Shown here: positions 22,097 to 33,991 of the stretch, one piece after another
Layout of the letters: each line of letters begins with the position of its first letter
Position numbering within the stretch: position 1 is the stretch's first letter
Source of the DNA: an uncultured Gammaproteobacteria bacterium
Lineage (GTDB): Bacteria > Pseudomonadota > Gammaproteobacteria > Xanthomonadales > Rhodanobacteraceae
Length of the DNA stretch: 64,000 bases
Assembly: GCA_963772435.1 (NCBI GenBank)
Contig: CAVYXI010000018.1
Location: forward strand, 607,793 to 671,792
Reading direction: 5' to 3'
Notes under the pieces: model-generated
The model's input: only the letters and a program-made list of their open reading frames with translations
The model's database searches: none
What the model was told of the DNA's origin: nothing
Position numbers and translations under genes: made by a program

Positions 22097-22817
22097 CTGA
22101 CGGCGCTCGAGATCGTCCACGAGGACGCCGAGCTGCTGGCGGTCAACAAGCCGGCCGGCCTGCTCGTGCATCGCAGCAAGATCGCGATCGATGAAGACGA
22201 TTTCCTCCTGGACCGGGCCCAGAAACAGGCGGGCATGACGCTGTATCTCGCGCACCGTCTCGATCGCGCGACGTCCGGGGTGCTGCTGCTCGCGAAGTCG
22301 CGCGAGATTGCCGGCGAACTCGGCCGTGCGTTCATGGCGCGCGATGTCCACAAGCGCTATCTCGTCGTCGTCCGCGGCTGGCCGGCCGGCGAAGGCGTGA
22401 TCGACCATGCGCTGCCCGACGTGCGCGAGCGCGGGCCGCGCAAGCCGGCGGTCACGCGCTGGCGCACGCTTGCGACGCACGACCGTGCCGATCGAACTCG
22501 GCAGGTATCCGGAGCAGCGCTACGCGCTCGTCGAGGCGTCACCCGAAACCGGCCGCTATCGACAGATCCGCAAGCACTTCCACCACGCCTCGCATCACGT
22601 CATCGGCGACACGAGCCACGGCCGTGGCGATCACAACCGGCTCTGGCGCATCCACTTCGGCATGCACCGCATGCTGCTGCATGCGCGACAACTCGAGTTG
22701 CACCATCCCCTCACCGGTGCGCCGCTCGTGCTGACGGCTGCGCTCGACGCAACCTGGAATGCCGTGCTCGAGCGCTTCGGCTGGAAGCACGCAATCGTGG
22801 ACCAAGCCGCGCCGTAG
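22097..22817 (+). CDS. truC: tRNA pseudouridine(65) synthase TruC (RluA family); frameshift near 22490; start codon unclear
   Basis: …LEIVHEDAELLAVNKPAGLLVHRS…HRLDRATSGVLLLAK… is the RluA catalytic motif. The C-terminus …HFHHASHHVIGDTSHGRGDHNRL… is in a second frame. Only CTG is in frame at the N-terminus. Confidence 0.7.
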
Positions 22818-22965
22818 CGATGACGCCGGTCGCAACGACACGGAGCCCGGATGCGCGAAGCGCGCCCGCGAACTTCGGACGGCGGGTCGACCAGAGTGCG
22901 GCCCTTGGTATGCCCGGGCCATTGCTGCAGCCTGCTAGAATCTCCCGCAACTTCGGGGACCGCGT

Positions 22966-23459
22966 ATGCCATCGTTCGACATCGTTTCCAAAATCGACCT
23001 GCACGAGCTCACCAACGCCGTGGATCAGGCCAATCGCGAGCTCGGCAATCGCTTCGATTTCAAGGGCACCGACGCCGTGTACGAGCGCGAGGGCGAATCC
23101 GTGGTCGTGCTCAAGGCCCAGGCGGATTTCCAGTTGAAGCAGATGCTCGATATTCTCAAGCAGCGCCTTGCCGCGCGGCACATCGACATCGGTTGCGCCG
23201 AAATCGCCGATGCGGAAATCAATCTCGCCACTGCGAAGCAGAAGGTGACGCTCAAGCAAGGTATCGAGCAGCCGCTGGCCAAGGACATCATCAAGCGCAT
23301 CAAGGAATGCCAAGCTCAAGGTCGAGACGCAGATCCAGGGCGACAAGCTGCGCATAACCGGCAAGAAGCGCGACGACCTGCAGACCGCGATGGCGTTGCT
23401 GCGCGCGGCGGCGGCGGAGATCAAGATGCCGCTGCAATACGAAAACTTCCGCGATTGAA
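22966..23459 (+). CDS. yajQ: YajQ family cyclic-di-GMP-binding protein (UPF0234); frameshift near 23305
   Basis: [34 protein letters not shown]… is the canonical YajQ sequence. The C-terminus …[31 protein letters not shown]…YENFRD is in the +1 frame. Confidence 0.8.
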
Positions 23460-23577
23460 GAAAGGATTCGGGACGCGGACTCACGCAGACTAGCGCATCG
23501 ACGCAAGATTTCCGGCTTCTTATCCGCGTTCATCCGCGAAATCCGCGTCCGAATCTTCTTCCTGAACTCGCCACGAC

Positions 23578-24003
23578 ATGTTGCAAATCACTTCTACCCT
23601 GCAGATTCCGGACAACGAACTGACGGAGAGTTTCGTGCGCTCCTCGGGCCCGGGCGGTCAGAACGTCAACAAAGTCGCCTCGGCGGTGGAATTGCGCTTC
23701 GATGTGGCAAAGTCGCCGTCGCTTTCCGATGCCTTGCGCGCGCGCGTGCTCGCGCGCAGCGACCGGCGCCTGACCGCAGAGGGCGTGCTCGTGATCCAGG
23801 CGAACCGCTTTCGCGATCAGTCCAAGAACCGCGAAGATGCTCGCGATCGCCTCGCGGAAATTCTGCGTGCGGCGCTGCACGTGCCGAAGAAGAGAGTGAA
23901 GACCAAACCGACCCGCGCCTCGAAGGAACGCCGCCTCGATGCGAAGCGCGTGCGCGGAGGGCACAAGCAACGCCGTTCGCAGCGCGACTGGAGCGGCGAG
24001 TGA
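23578..24003 (+). CDS. arfB: alternative ribosome-rescue factor ArfB (peptidyl-tRNA hydrolase, YaeJ)
   Basis: The GGQ motif is present (SSGPGGQNVNKV), followed by a basic C-terminal tail. The product is 141 aa. Confidence 0.85.
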   Translation: MLQITSTLQIPDNELTESFVRSSGPGGQNVNKVASAVELRFDVAKSPSLSDALRARVLARSDRRLTAEGVLVIQANRFRDQSKNREDARDRLAEILRAALHVPKKRVKTKPTRASKERRLDAKRVRGGHKQRRSQRDWSGE

Positions 24004-24593
24004 GCGATCCGCACTTTCCGCGTCTGCCGCCGCAGACGCCGCAATTTCCGCCCTCGCTGGCAGGAACGTTGAGCCGCTCGCTGTTGCGTCTCGCTGGCTG
24101 GCGCGTCGCCGGCGAATTTCCCGATGTGCCGAAAGCCGTCGTGATCGCCGCACCGCATTCGTCGAACTGGGACGGCATCTGGGGCGTTCTCGTGAAGGTC
24201 GCGCTGCGCCTCGACATGCATTTCGTCGGCAAGCGCGAGGCGTTCTTCTGGCCGCTCGGCGTGATCCTGCGGCGCGCCGGCTGCATCCCGATCGATCGCC
24301 ACAGCAAGCACGATGTGGTCGGCATGATTGCGACGCAATTCGCGACGCACGATCGCTTCTGGTTCGGCCTCGCGCCCGAGGGCACGCGCAAGAAGGTCAC
24401 GAAGTGGAAAACTGGATTCTGGCACGTCGCCCGCGCGGCGAAGGTGCCGATTCTGCCGGCCTATTTCCACTATCCCGACAAGACGATCGGTGTGTTGCCG
24501 CTGTTCTGGCCCAGCGACGATGTCGATGCGGACATGGCGAAGCTGCGCGAAATATACGCGCCTTATCAGGGCAGGAATCGCGGCGCGGGCTGA
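24000..24593 (+). CDS. lysophospholipid acyltransferase family protein (1-acyl-sn-glycerol-3-phosphate acyltransferase-like)
   Basis: The PHSSNWD (HxxxxD) acyltransferase motif is present. The ORF is intact. Confidence 0.75.
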   Translation: MSDPHFPRLPPQTPQFPPSLAGTLSRSLLRLAGWRVAGEFPDVPKAVVIAAPHSSNWDGIWGVLVKVALRLDMHFVGKREAFFWPLGVILRRAGCIPIDRHSKHDVVGMIATQFATHDRFWFGLAPEGTRKKVTKWKTGFWHVARAAKVPILPAYFHYPDKTIGVLPLFWPSDDVDADMAKLREIYAPYQGRNRGAG

Positions 24594-24614
24594 GCCGGCC
24601 GCGATTCGCTGCGG

Positions 24615-27600
24615 CTACGCCGCGGCCTTCGCCGAAGCCGGATTGCGCCATGCGCCGAGCAACTTCTCGCGCAGCGCCGCGGCCTTCGCCATGTTCGCTT
24701 CCTTGATGTGGCCGTAGCCGCGGATCTGCTCGGGTATCGAGGCGATATCGACCGCGAGCGCGAGGTTGTCGCGCGACAGCTTCGCAAGAAGTTCATCGAC
24801 CTGCGCGAAGTAGTCGTCGATGAGCTGCGCGTTCCATCTTGCGTTCGTGCGTCTGCCGAACGATGTCGAACGCGCCGCCGCGCAGGCCCTTGAGCTTGGC
24901 GAGCAGCTTGAATGCGCGGAACATCCACGGACCGAATTCGCGCTTGACGCAGATGGCCTTCGGCGTCCTGCTCGCGAACATCGGCGGCGCAAGATGGAAA
25001 TGGATCTTGTAGTCGCCGTCGAACGTGTCGCGGATCTGCTTTTCGAAATCGCCGCTGGTGTACAGGCGCGCGACTTCGTACTCGTCCTTGTAGGCCATGA
25101 GCTTGAAGGCGTAGCGTGCGACCGCTTCGGTCAGCGCGGTCGAAGCCCGGCGAGTCTTCGCCTGTTCGGCAGCGCGTACCTTGTCGACGAGTGCTTTATA
25201 CTTCGCGGCGTAGGCGGCATTCTGGTAGTCGGTCAGGAACGCGACGCGACGCGCAATGCGCTCGTCGAGCGTCGTGCTGAGCTTCGCTGTCGTCCATCGG
25301 TCCTGCGCCCGTGCTGATCGGGATCGTCGCCCGTTGCGGCGACAGGAGCGGTGCCGCGCGCGGCTTCCTTCACCTTCGCGATATCGACTGCCGCGAGGCG
25401 GCCCCAGTTGAACGCGGTCTTGTTCATTTCGATCGCCGCGCCGTTGAGTTCGACCGCGCGCATCAGCGCGTCCAGCGACAGCGGCACCCAGCCCTTCTGC
25501 CAGGCGTAGCCGAGCATGAACAGGTTGCTCGCGATCGAATCGCCGAGCAGCGTCGTCGCCAGCGTCGGTCGCGTCGACGAGCTCGGGCGTGCCGCCGTCG
25601 AGCGCGGTCTTCACCGCCTCGACGATCTGCTGCGCCGGGAACTGCATGTCCGGCCGCGTCGTGAACGTGCCCGGCATCGCCTCGTACGTGTTCGAGCACG
25701 ACGCGCGAGCGGTCGGCGCGGATCTTCGACAGCGCCCAGTAGTCGTTGACGACGACCATGTCGCAACCGAGCACGAGGTCGGCCTCGCCGGCGGCGATGC
25801 GCACGGCGTGGATATCGGCCGGCGTCTTCGCGATGCGCAGATGGCAGGTCACGGCGCCGCCCTTCTGCGCCAGACCGGTCTGGTCGAGCACGGTCGCGCC
25901 CTTGCCTTCCAGATGCGCGGCCATGCCGATCAGCGCGCCGATCGTGACGACGCCGGTGCCGCCGATGCCGGTGACGAGGATGTTCCACGGTTGCGCGAGG
26001 TCGGTCGCGAACTGCGGCTGCGGCAGAGTGGAGAAATCCACTTTTCCAGTCCGGGCTTGCGCTTCTTCAGGCCGCCGCCCTTGATCGTGACGAAGCTCGG
26101 GCAGAAGCCCTTGACGCAGGAATAGTCCTTGTTGCAATTGCTCTGGTCGATCTCGCGCTTGCGCCCGAATTCGGTTTCCTTCGGCAGCACGGAGACGCAG
26201 AACGATTTCTCGCCGCAGTCGCCGCAGCCTTCGCAGACCAGCGAATTGATGAACACGCGCTTCTTCGGGTCTTCGAGCTTGCCGCGCTTGCGCCGGCGCC
26301 GCTTCTCGGTCGCGCAGGTCTGGTCGTAGATCATCACCTGACGCGCCTTCGACCTCGCGCAGGCGCTTCTGCACGGCGTCGAGCTCGTCGCGCGGAGGAA
26401 TTCGACGTCGTGCGGGAAGAGTTCGCGCTTCGACCACTTCTCGATGTCGTCGCACACGACGACGATCGTCTGCACGCCCTCGCTGCGCACCTGGTGGGCG
26501 ATGTCGGGCACGGTCAGCGTGCCGTCGACCGGCTGGCCGCCGGTCATCGCGACCGCGTCGTTGTAGAGGATCTTGTAGGTGATGTTGACCTTCGCCGCGA
26601 TCGCCTGGCGGATCGCCAGCGAGCCGGAATGGAAATACGTGCCGTCGCCGAGATTCTGGAACACGTGCTTGGTCTCGGTGAACGGCGCCTGGCCGCACCA
26701 GGTCGCGCCTTCGCCGCCCATCTGCGTGAACGTGTCGGTGCGGCGGTCCATCCACGTGACCATGTAGTGGCAGCCGATGCCGCCGAGCGCGCGCGAGCCT
26801 TCGGGCACCGCGGTCGACGTGTTGTGCGGGCAGCCGGAGCAGTAGTGCGCGGCACGCGGGAAGTTCGCGCGCGGCAGCGTGAGCTCCTTTTCCTTCGCCT
26901 CGATCCAGGCGACGCGCGACTTGATCGTGTCGCTGGTGAAGAAACGCGACAGCCGGCGCGCGATCACGAGCGCGATCATGGCCGGCGTCAGCTCGTTCGT
27001 CGACGGCAGGATCCAGTTGCCGCTTCGTCGTACTTGCCGATCACCGACGGGCGCGTGTGCCGCTTCCGTCCGACATCGGCCAGTTGTACATGTATTCCTT
27101 CATCTGCGATTCGATGAACGAGCGCTTCTCCTCGACGACGATGATGTCTTCGAGGCCGCGCGCGAATTCCGGATGCCGACCGGCTCGAGCGGCCAGGTCA
27201 TGCCGACCTTGTAGACGCGGATGCCGATGTCGGCGGCGGCCTTTTCGTCGATGCCCAGATATTCGAGCGCCTGCAGCACGTCGAGATAGCTCTTGCCGGT
27301 CGTGACGATGCCGAGACGCGCCTTGCGGCGAATCGATGACGACGCGGTCGATGCGGTTCGCGCGCGCGAACGCGCACGCGGCCTGCACCGCGTACTGGTG
27401 CAGGCGCATTTCCTGATCCAGCGGCGGATCGGGCCAGCGGATGTTGAGCCCGCCCGGCGGCAGCGACGAAATCTTCGGGCAGCACGATGTCGAGCTGATG
27501 CGGATTGACGTTGACGCGACGCGCAGGACTCCACGGTTTCGGCGATCGTCTTGAAGCCGACCCAGCGGCCGGTGAAGCGCGACATCGCCCAGCCGAGCAG

Positions 27601-28167
27601 GCCCATGTCGAGGATGTCCTGCACGCCGGCCGGATTGAGGATCGGCATCATCGCCGAGACGAATTCGAGTTCCGAGCCGTGCGGCAACGTCGACGAGCGA
27701 CAGGCGTGATCGTCAGCGGCGAGCGCGAGCACGCCGCCGTTCTTCGACGTGCCGGCCGCGTTGCCGTGCTTGAACACGTCGCCGCAACGATCGACGCCCG
27801 GACCCTTGCCGTACCACATCGAGAACACGCCGTCGTACTTGGCGCCCGGAAACAGGTTCGCCTGCTGCGTGCCCCAGACCATCGTCGCGCCGAGGTCCTC
27901 GTTCAGGCCCGGCTGGAATTCGATGTTCGACGCCTTGAGATGTTTCTTCGCCTTCCACAATTCGAGGTCGAAGCCGCCGAGCGGCGAGCCGCGGTAGCCG
28001 GAGATGAAACCTGCGGTGTTGAGCGCCGCCGCGCGATCGCGCATCTGCTGCATCAGCGGCAGCCGCACCAGCGCCTGCACGCCCGAAAGATAGATGCGGC
28101 CCTGCGCGCGCGTGTACTTGTGCTCGAGCGTGTAGTCGAGGTCGAGCTGGGTGGCCGGAACGGACAT
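24615..28167 (-). CDS. indolepyruvate ferredoxin oxidoreductase family protein (fused alpha/beta, ~1180 aa); at least 5 frameshifts
   Basis: The N-terminus is MSVPATQLDLDYTLEHKYTRAQGRIYLSGVQALVRLPLMQQ…. A ferredoxin Cys cluster (CEGCGDCGEKSFC) is present. The TPP-binding and C-terminal parts are spread over ORFs 27100-28263, 25930-26979, 25463-26755, 24793-25677 and 24615-24992. Confidence 0.8.
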
Positions 28168-28276
28168 GACGACTTCCTGCGCGCGATAGCGTGAGCTGCG
28201 CAGTTTACCATCCGCGGCATTTCGCCGCGGTTTCGCCGGCCGCCGCCGAGGGCGCGGCCGCAACGAATCGCGACGA

Positions 28277-29072
28277 CTACTTCGTCTGGGTCACGAGACC
28301 CGCGAGCGAATACGCGGCCTTGGGATTCGTCCCGGGCTGGTCCGGGTAGTCGTGCTCCCCGTCGAAGGTCAGCTTCTCGGTGAAGCCCTGCAACGTCGCG
28401 CCGCAGGTCTTGCTCACGGCTTCGCTGACGCCAATGATGCTGAACTCGAGGATGCCGCGGCGCGCGAGGCGCACGGCATGGCAATCGAACACGGGACCCT
28501 TGCCGACGGCCGGCGTGCGCTCCTCGACCCAGTCGACGACGTGGCCGACGAGTTCGGGTTCGTCGACGAAACGCTTGAACGTGCCGGCGCTGCTCGCCAG
28601 GCGCTTTTCGGCAGGTCGCGCCATCGCAGCCTCGAGCTGCTTGGTCTCGAGATCGGCCGGCGTCGCAGCGATCAAACCATCGCCGCGCCAGCGCACGCGC
28701 ACGACCCAGGTTTGCGGGTTCGTCACGGGCTGGTTCAGCGCGACGATCCATGCGACGACATCCGGATCGTCGGGATGCCCGGTCGCCATCTCGAGATTGC
28801 GCGCGTCGTTGTTCTCCGCGAGATGGAAGGTCGGTCGGCACCATGAACTGGAAACCGGTCGCTTCGCGCGAATACATGCCGCGATACCACTGCACGTGCG
28901 ATGCGACTTCGCGCAGGCTCGGCGGCTGATCGGCGGCCGGCGCCGCGGCCTCCGCGGGCGCGGCGGCGTCCTGCTTGGCGGCGCCTTTCGCCGGTGGCGG
29001 TGCCGCGACGGCGGCGGTCGTCAGGAGCGCCGATGCAAGGGCGGCGGCGATTGTCAGTCTGCGCATGGTCAT
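28277..29072 (-). CDS. DUF3108-like secreted protein; frameshift near 28810
   Basis: The signal peptide is MTMRRLTIAAALASALLTTAAVA, followed by an Ala/Pro-rich linker. The C-terminal part is in ORF 28277-28789. Confidence 0.5.
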
Positions 29073-29163
29073 TTTGGGTCCTCGCTGCGCCGGGGTCCGG
29101 CTCGTGATCGGGTTTTTGGGTTTTCTGTTTTTTGTTGTCGGGTTCGAGCTTTGATCCGGACGC

Positions 29164-30381
29164 TCAGACGCTGTCGCGGATTATCGCCTTGAACGGAAAC
29201 ACCTGCTGCCTGATGAATCCGTCAGGCATGTAGTCGCCGACGACACCGTAACGTTCGGGAAACTGCTTCTCGGACTTTACCGCAGTGCCGAAAAGATAGT
29301 CGAGGAACGCATAGTGCGCCGCGTAGTTGCGGTCGATCGCCTCGGTGTCCTGCGAGTGATGCCAGTGATGGAAGTCCGGCGTCACGATCAGATAGCGCAG
29401 CGGCCCCCAGGGCAGATGCACGTTCGCGTGATTGAACACCGCCTGGAAGCCGACGATGATGATGTAGGCGTTGATCACGCCCTCGCTGAAGCCGATCACG
29501 AACAGCGGCGCGAGCACGCAGACGCGCGTGAACACGATCTCGAGAATGTGCTGGCGCGAGCCGGCGAGCCAGTCCATCGTCTTCGCGCTGTGATGCACCG
29601 AATGGAATTTCCACAGCACCGGCACCTCGTGGTACGCGCGGTGCGTCCAGTACTGCGCGAAATCCGCGACGAGGATGCAAAGCAGAAGCTGCGGCACGAA
29701 CCAGATGCCCTGCACGGCCTGCTGGAAGGCGTGATCGACGAGCCCGCCGAACACGTGGTGGATCACGAAGTTCACGGTCAGCAGCATCAGGCCGACGAGG
29801 AAATGGTTGACCGCGAAATGCTTGAGGTCGGTCTGCCATTCCGGCCGGAATACAGACTGGCCCTTGTACAGCGGAAAGAGTTTCTCGATCACGACGAACA
29901 GGACGGTCGAACCGAGCAGGTCGAGGATGAACCAGTCGAGGCCGATGTACGGTGTGTGCTCCGGGAAGTCGCCGACCGGCACGCGCGAGCCGCCGAACAA
30001 CACCGCGGCCATCACGAACGCAAACGCGACGAGATTGGGATTGCGCCGACGTCCGAAGATGAGGTTGGTCAGCGACAGCCCGCCGGCGACGAGCAGTCCG
30101 ACGAGCAGCATCTGGCGCAATACGTCGACCGAATATTTGTGCCGCAGCTCGGGCGTCGTCAGGTATTCGGGAAAGTGAAACGCCAGTACCGCGAGCAGGC
30201 AGAGGATGCCGAGTACGAGTGCGATTACGGTCGTGATCAGCGAGCGGCCGCCTTCGCGCAGGTCGCCGCTGCGGTGTATCAGGCCGGAGGTGTCTTCAAC
30301 GACCGCACCCACGCGGCGTGCGGACGCCACGAACGGTGCAACGAGCACGCGACGAGACAAGCGCTGTTGCGTTTTCGACAT
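29164..30381 (-). CDS. sterol desaturase / fatty-acid hydroxylase superfamily membrane protein
   Basis: His boxes HRAYHEV, HSVHHS and HHWHH are present. The protein has multiple TM segments. The ORF is intact. Confidence 0.8.
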   Translation of the reverse strand: MSKTQQRLSRRVLVAPFVASARRVGAVVEDTSGLIHRSGDLREGGRSLITTVIALVLGILCLLAVLAFHFPEYLTTPELRHKYSVDVLRQMLLVGLLVAGGLSLTNLIFGRRRNPNLVAFAFVMAAVLFGGSRVPVGDFPEHTPYIGLDWFILDLLGSTVLFVVIEKLFPLYKGQSVFRPEWQTDLKHFAVNHFLVGLMLLTVNFVIHHVFGGLVDHAFQQAVQGIWFVPQLLLCILVADFAQYWTHRAYHEVPVLWKFHSVHHSAKTMDWLAGSRQHILEIVFTRVCVLAPLFVIGFSEGVINAYIIIVGFQAVFNHANVHLPWGPLRYLIVTPDFHHWHHSQDTEAIDRNYAAHYAFLDYLFGTAVKSEKQFPERYGVVGDYMPDGFIRQQVFPFKAIIRDSV

Positions 30382-30828
30382 CTTTAGCCCCCACCCGCCC
30401 AGTCGTCCAACTATACCGGCAGATTCAACGACATGCATGGTCGCTTGAAATCGGCCTTTTCGACCCCATCTCATCAGGCAGGAAAGCAGCCATGCTTACC
30501 TTTCTCTTCCAGGGGTTTGAACCCGCCGCAAAGGCCTCGCGCAACCCGCGACTTTCGTCAGCCTTTGCCCACCGCGGCCTCGCAAACCGACTTCCGACGC
30601 CTTCTTGTTCACTTCGTGCGCACGCCGCCGGCGTCGGCGCGTACGCCTTCGTGCATCGGAGCTACTTCCATGCCGCCCATGTGATGCGTCACCGCATCGG
30701 CCGGGTCGATCGATCCGGACCGAAATCGAAGCTGATTTTCGCGCCGATCCTGACGCTATAGCGCAAACACTCGGCAAATCCGGCGGCGCGAACCCGCACC
30801 ATCCAAAAATCCAGAAGGATACAAAGTC

Positions 30829-32800
30829 ATGTCGTGGCTTAATTTCGAATTGAGCTTTGGCACGTTGTCGATCTCGATCGGCGTTCTCGTCCTGCTCATG
30901 CTGCTCTATTCGAGCATCGTCTACGTGCCGAACAATCGTGTCGGCATTCTCGAGCGCCTGTGGGCCTCGAAAGGTTCCGTCACGCAAGGCATCATGGCGC
31001 TGCACGGCGAGGCCGGTTATGTGCCCGACCTCTTGCGCGGCGGCTTCCATCTGCTGTTCCCGTTCCAGTACCGCGTGCACAAGGCCGACCTCGTGACCGT
31101 GCCGCAAGGTGAAATCGGCTATCTCTTCGCGCGCGACGGCAAGCCGCTCGAACCGGGACAGTCGCTCGCGGGCAATTCGCAGGCGGATCGACTTCGAAAA
31201 CGTGCGCGACTTCCTCGCCGCGGGCGGCCAGAAAGGCCCCCAGCGCAAGTTGCTGCGCGAAGGCGTCTACGCAATCAACACGGCGCAATTCGTCGTGCTG
31301 ACGCGCGCGACGACCTACGCGCTCGAACTTGCCGTCGCCGACGGCAACACGATCGACGCGATGCGCTCGCAGATCCAGGCGCGCGACGGTTTCCACCCGA
31401 TCGTGATCAACGACGCGAAGGATTCGATCGCCATCGTCACGGTGCATGACGGCCCCGGCCTGCCGGCCGGCGAATTGATTGCGCCGGCCGTCGGCGCGGA
31501 CCGCCGCATCGTGGCGACGTACCACAACAGCTTCCAGGACGCCGATCGCTTTCTCGTTGCCGGCGGTTTCCGCGGGCGCCAGTACCAGGTGCTCGTCGAC
31601 GGCACCTATTACGTCAACCGCCTGTTTGCGAGCGTCGAGTTCGTCGAGAAGACGCTCGTGCCGATAGGCATGGTCGGCGTCGTCGTCTCGTTCACGGGCA
31701 ATCGCGGCGCAGACCGCTCGGGCGTCGAATACCAGCACGGCGAACTCGTCGGCGAAGGCGAGCGCGGCGTCTGGGAAGCGCCGCTGCTGCCCGGCAAATA
31801 TGCGTTCAACCGCTTCGCGGGATCGATCGTGAAAGTGCCGACGACGAACTTCATCCTCAAGTGGGAGTCGGGCCAGTCGGGCTCGGACTTCGACCGCAAT
31901 CTCAAGGAGATCTCGCTGATCACGAAGGACGCGTTCGAGCCGACGTTGCCGCTCTCGGTCGTCGTGCACATCGACTACAAGAAGGCCGCGATGGTCATCC
32001 AGCGCTTCGGCGACGTGCAGAAACTCGTCGAGCAGACGCTCGACCCGATGGTGTCCGCGTACTTCAAGAACATCGCGCAGACGAAGACGCTGATCGAGCT
32101 GCTGCAACAGCGCGCCGACATCCAGAGCCTGGCGCTCGCCGACATGAAGGACAAGTTCGCCGCGTACAACCTCGAGCTGCAGGAAGTGCTGATCGGCACG
32201 CCGAAATCGCCGGTGGGCAACGGCCAGATCGAGCAGATCCTCGCGCAGCTGCGCGATCGCCAGGTCGCGCGGGAGCAGATCGAGACGTACGAGCGGCAGG
32301 AAGCCGCCGCGGTCAAGGAACGCACGCTGCGCGAAGCGGCGGCGGTCGCCGCGCAGCAGAAGGGCCTGACCGAGTCGCGCATCGCGATCGAGATCGCCGA
32401 AAACAAGGGTCTTGCGGAAGTGAAGACGCAGACGCGCCAGGGCGAGGCCGACGCGGCGAGAATTCGCAACGTCGCGCTGGCCGACGCCGAGCGCATCCGC
32501 GCGATCGGTGCGGCGAACGCCAATCGCATCGAGCTCGAAGGCACGGCAACGGCGCTGGCGGCGCAGAAGCAGGTCGAAGCCTATGGCGGCCCGGAGATCC
32601 GTCTCGCCCAGGAGATTTCCGCGCAGATCACGCACGCGATCGCCGAGGGCAAGCTGCCCGTGGTGCCGCAGGTCGTCGTCGGCGGCGATGGCCGCAACAC
32701 GAACGCGATCGACGCGATCACGGGCATGATTCTCGCGGCCGGCGAGCAGTTCCGCCAGAGCCAGTCGAAGCGTGCCGCAGCGACGAATGGCGCAGGCTGA
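30829..32800 (+). CDS. flotillin/SPFH-domain (YqiK-like) membrane protein; frameshift near 31190
   Basis: The N-terminal TM segment is followed by an SPFH domain and a long coiled-coil/flotillin C-terminus (…EAAAVKERTLREAAAVAAQQKGL…). Confidence 0.8.
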
Positions 32801-32889
32801 ATGACCCGCGAACGCGGTTTGTTTGACCCAGCGAAGAGTCCCGCGGATTTCCGCGGGCTCTTTCTTCATTCACATGCGCCAGGCGCCAT

Positions 32890-33969
32890 CTATCGCGACC
32901 GGGTGTATACGTCGGTCCAGTTCATCTCCCAGGTCTTGCCGCCATCAAGCGAAAATGCCTGTTCTGATTGCGCGGTGTCGGCTGTTGTACCCCAGATCGA
33001 AAAGCGTACCAGCGTGGCCTTGCCGTTGATCGGCTCCTGATCGTAGAACGTGAGGCGGCCGTCCCGGACCTCGCCAACGCCGGGTGTGTCGCCGAGCGTG
33101 CCGCTGTCCGGTTGAGCGAAATTGATGCTCCACTGTTTCGTCGTCGGGTTGTACACGCGCAGGGCCAGGCGCTCCATCGCGACGGAGGAACCGTTTGCCT
33201 TGAACTCGGCGAGGTTCGCCTTGCCACCCCAGACCGGCGTGACGTTCGTGATCCCATCCATCTCGACCCAGTCGTTCGCGCCGGAGAGCGGATGCATCAG
33301 CCGTTTCGAGTGGGTTTTCCACTCGCCGAGTCGAAATCGAATTCATGACTGCCTTCGTGGTCGGGCCTGAGCACGAGCGCGACGCCGGCACTGCGTCGGC
33401 CAACTTGGTCTTGTTCGCGGTGAGCTGGACTTCCCAGGTCTTGCCGCCATCGGTCGAATAGGACTCTTCGTAGCGGTGCGTGGTCGACGTGATCTCCGAC
33501 CAGCGGCCGCGAACCAGAATCGCGCGGCCCTCGAATGTGTCCGATGCGTACAGTTCGCCATGTCCTTCCTTGAAACCGCCGATCAGTCCACCGGCGAACG
33601 CACCGCACTTGCTGCCGATGAATGTCTGGCTCCACTGGTGCGCGCGCGGGTTGTAGAGGAACATCGACATGCCCTCCCAGTGGCCGTTTGGACCGTCTGC
33701 GTCGATTTCCTCGAGTGTGCGCGGCCGTTCCAGACCTTGCGCACCTTGACCGTGCCGTTCAATTCGATCGTTTCGTCCGAGCCGGACAGCGCATGCACGC
33801 GGCGCTTGAGCTGCGTCTTCCACAGGCCGAAATTGAAATCGAAGTCATGGCTGCCATCGCGCTCGGCCAGCGCTGCTGCGGGTGCGGACGGAGTATCGGA
33901 GTGAGCCGGCCATGCGCAGCAAGCGCAGCAGCCGGCAACGATCAGGGTAAGCAGGGGTTTGGTGAATTT
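32890..33969 (-). CDS. secreted protein with two tandem ~140-aa paralogous domains, each ending in an Asp-box (SxDGGKTW); frameshifted
   Basis: A GTG start is followed by the signal peptide KFTKPLLTLIVAGCCAC. Domain 1 is …MFLYNPRAHQWSQTF…SYSTDGGKTWEV. Domain 2 is …LRVYNPTTKQWSINF…FSLDGGKTWEM. Confidence 0.5.
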
Positions 33970-33991
33970 CACATGTAGTCTCCCATCGCCC

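Noticed and set aside
30474-30828. A possible NfeD-like partner gene upstream of the flotillin gene.
   Set aside because: The only ORFs there (30318-30761 and 30433-30684) translate to low-complexity Pro/Arg/Ala sequence with no TM/OB-fold pattern. They are treated as non-coding leader.
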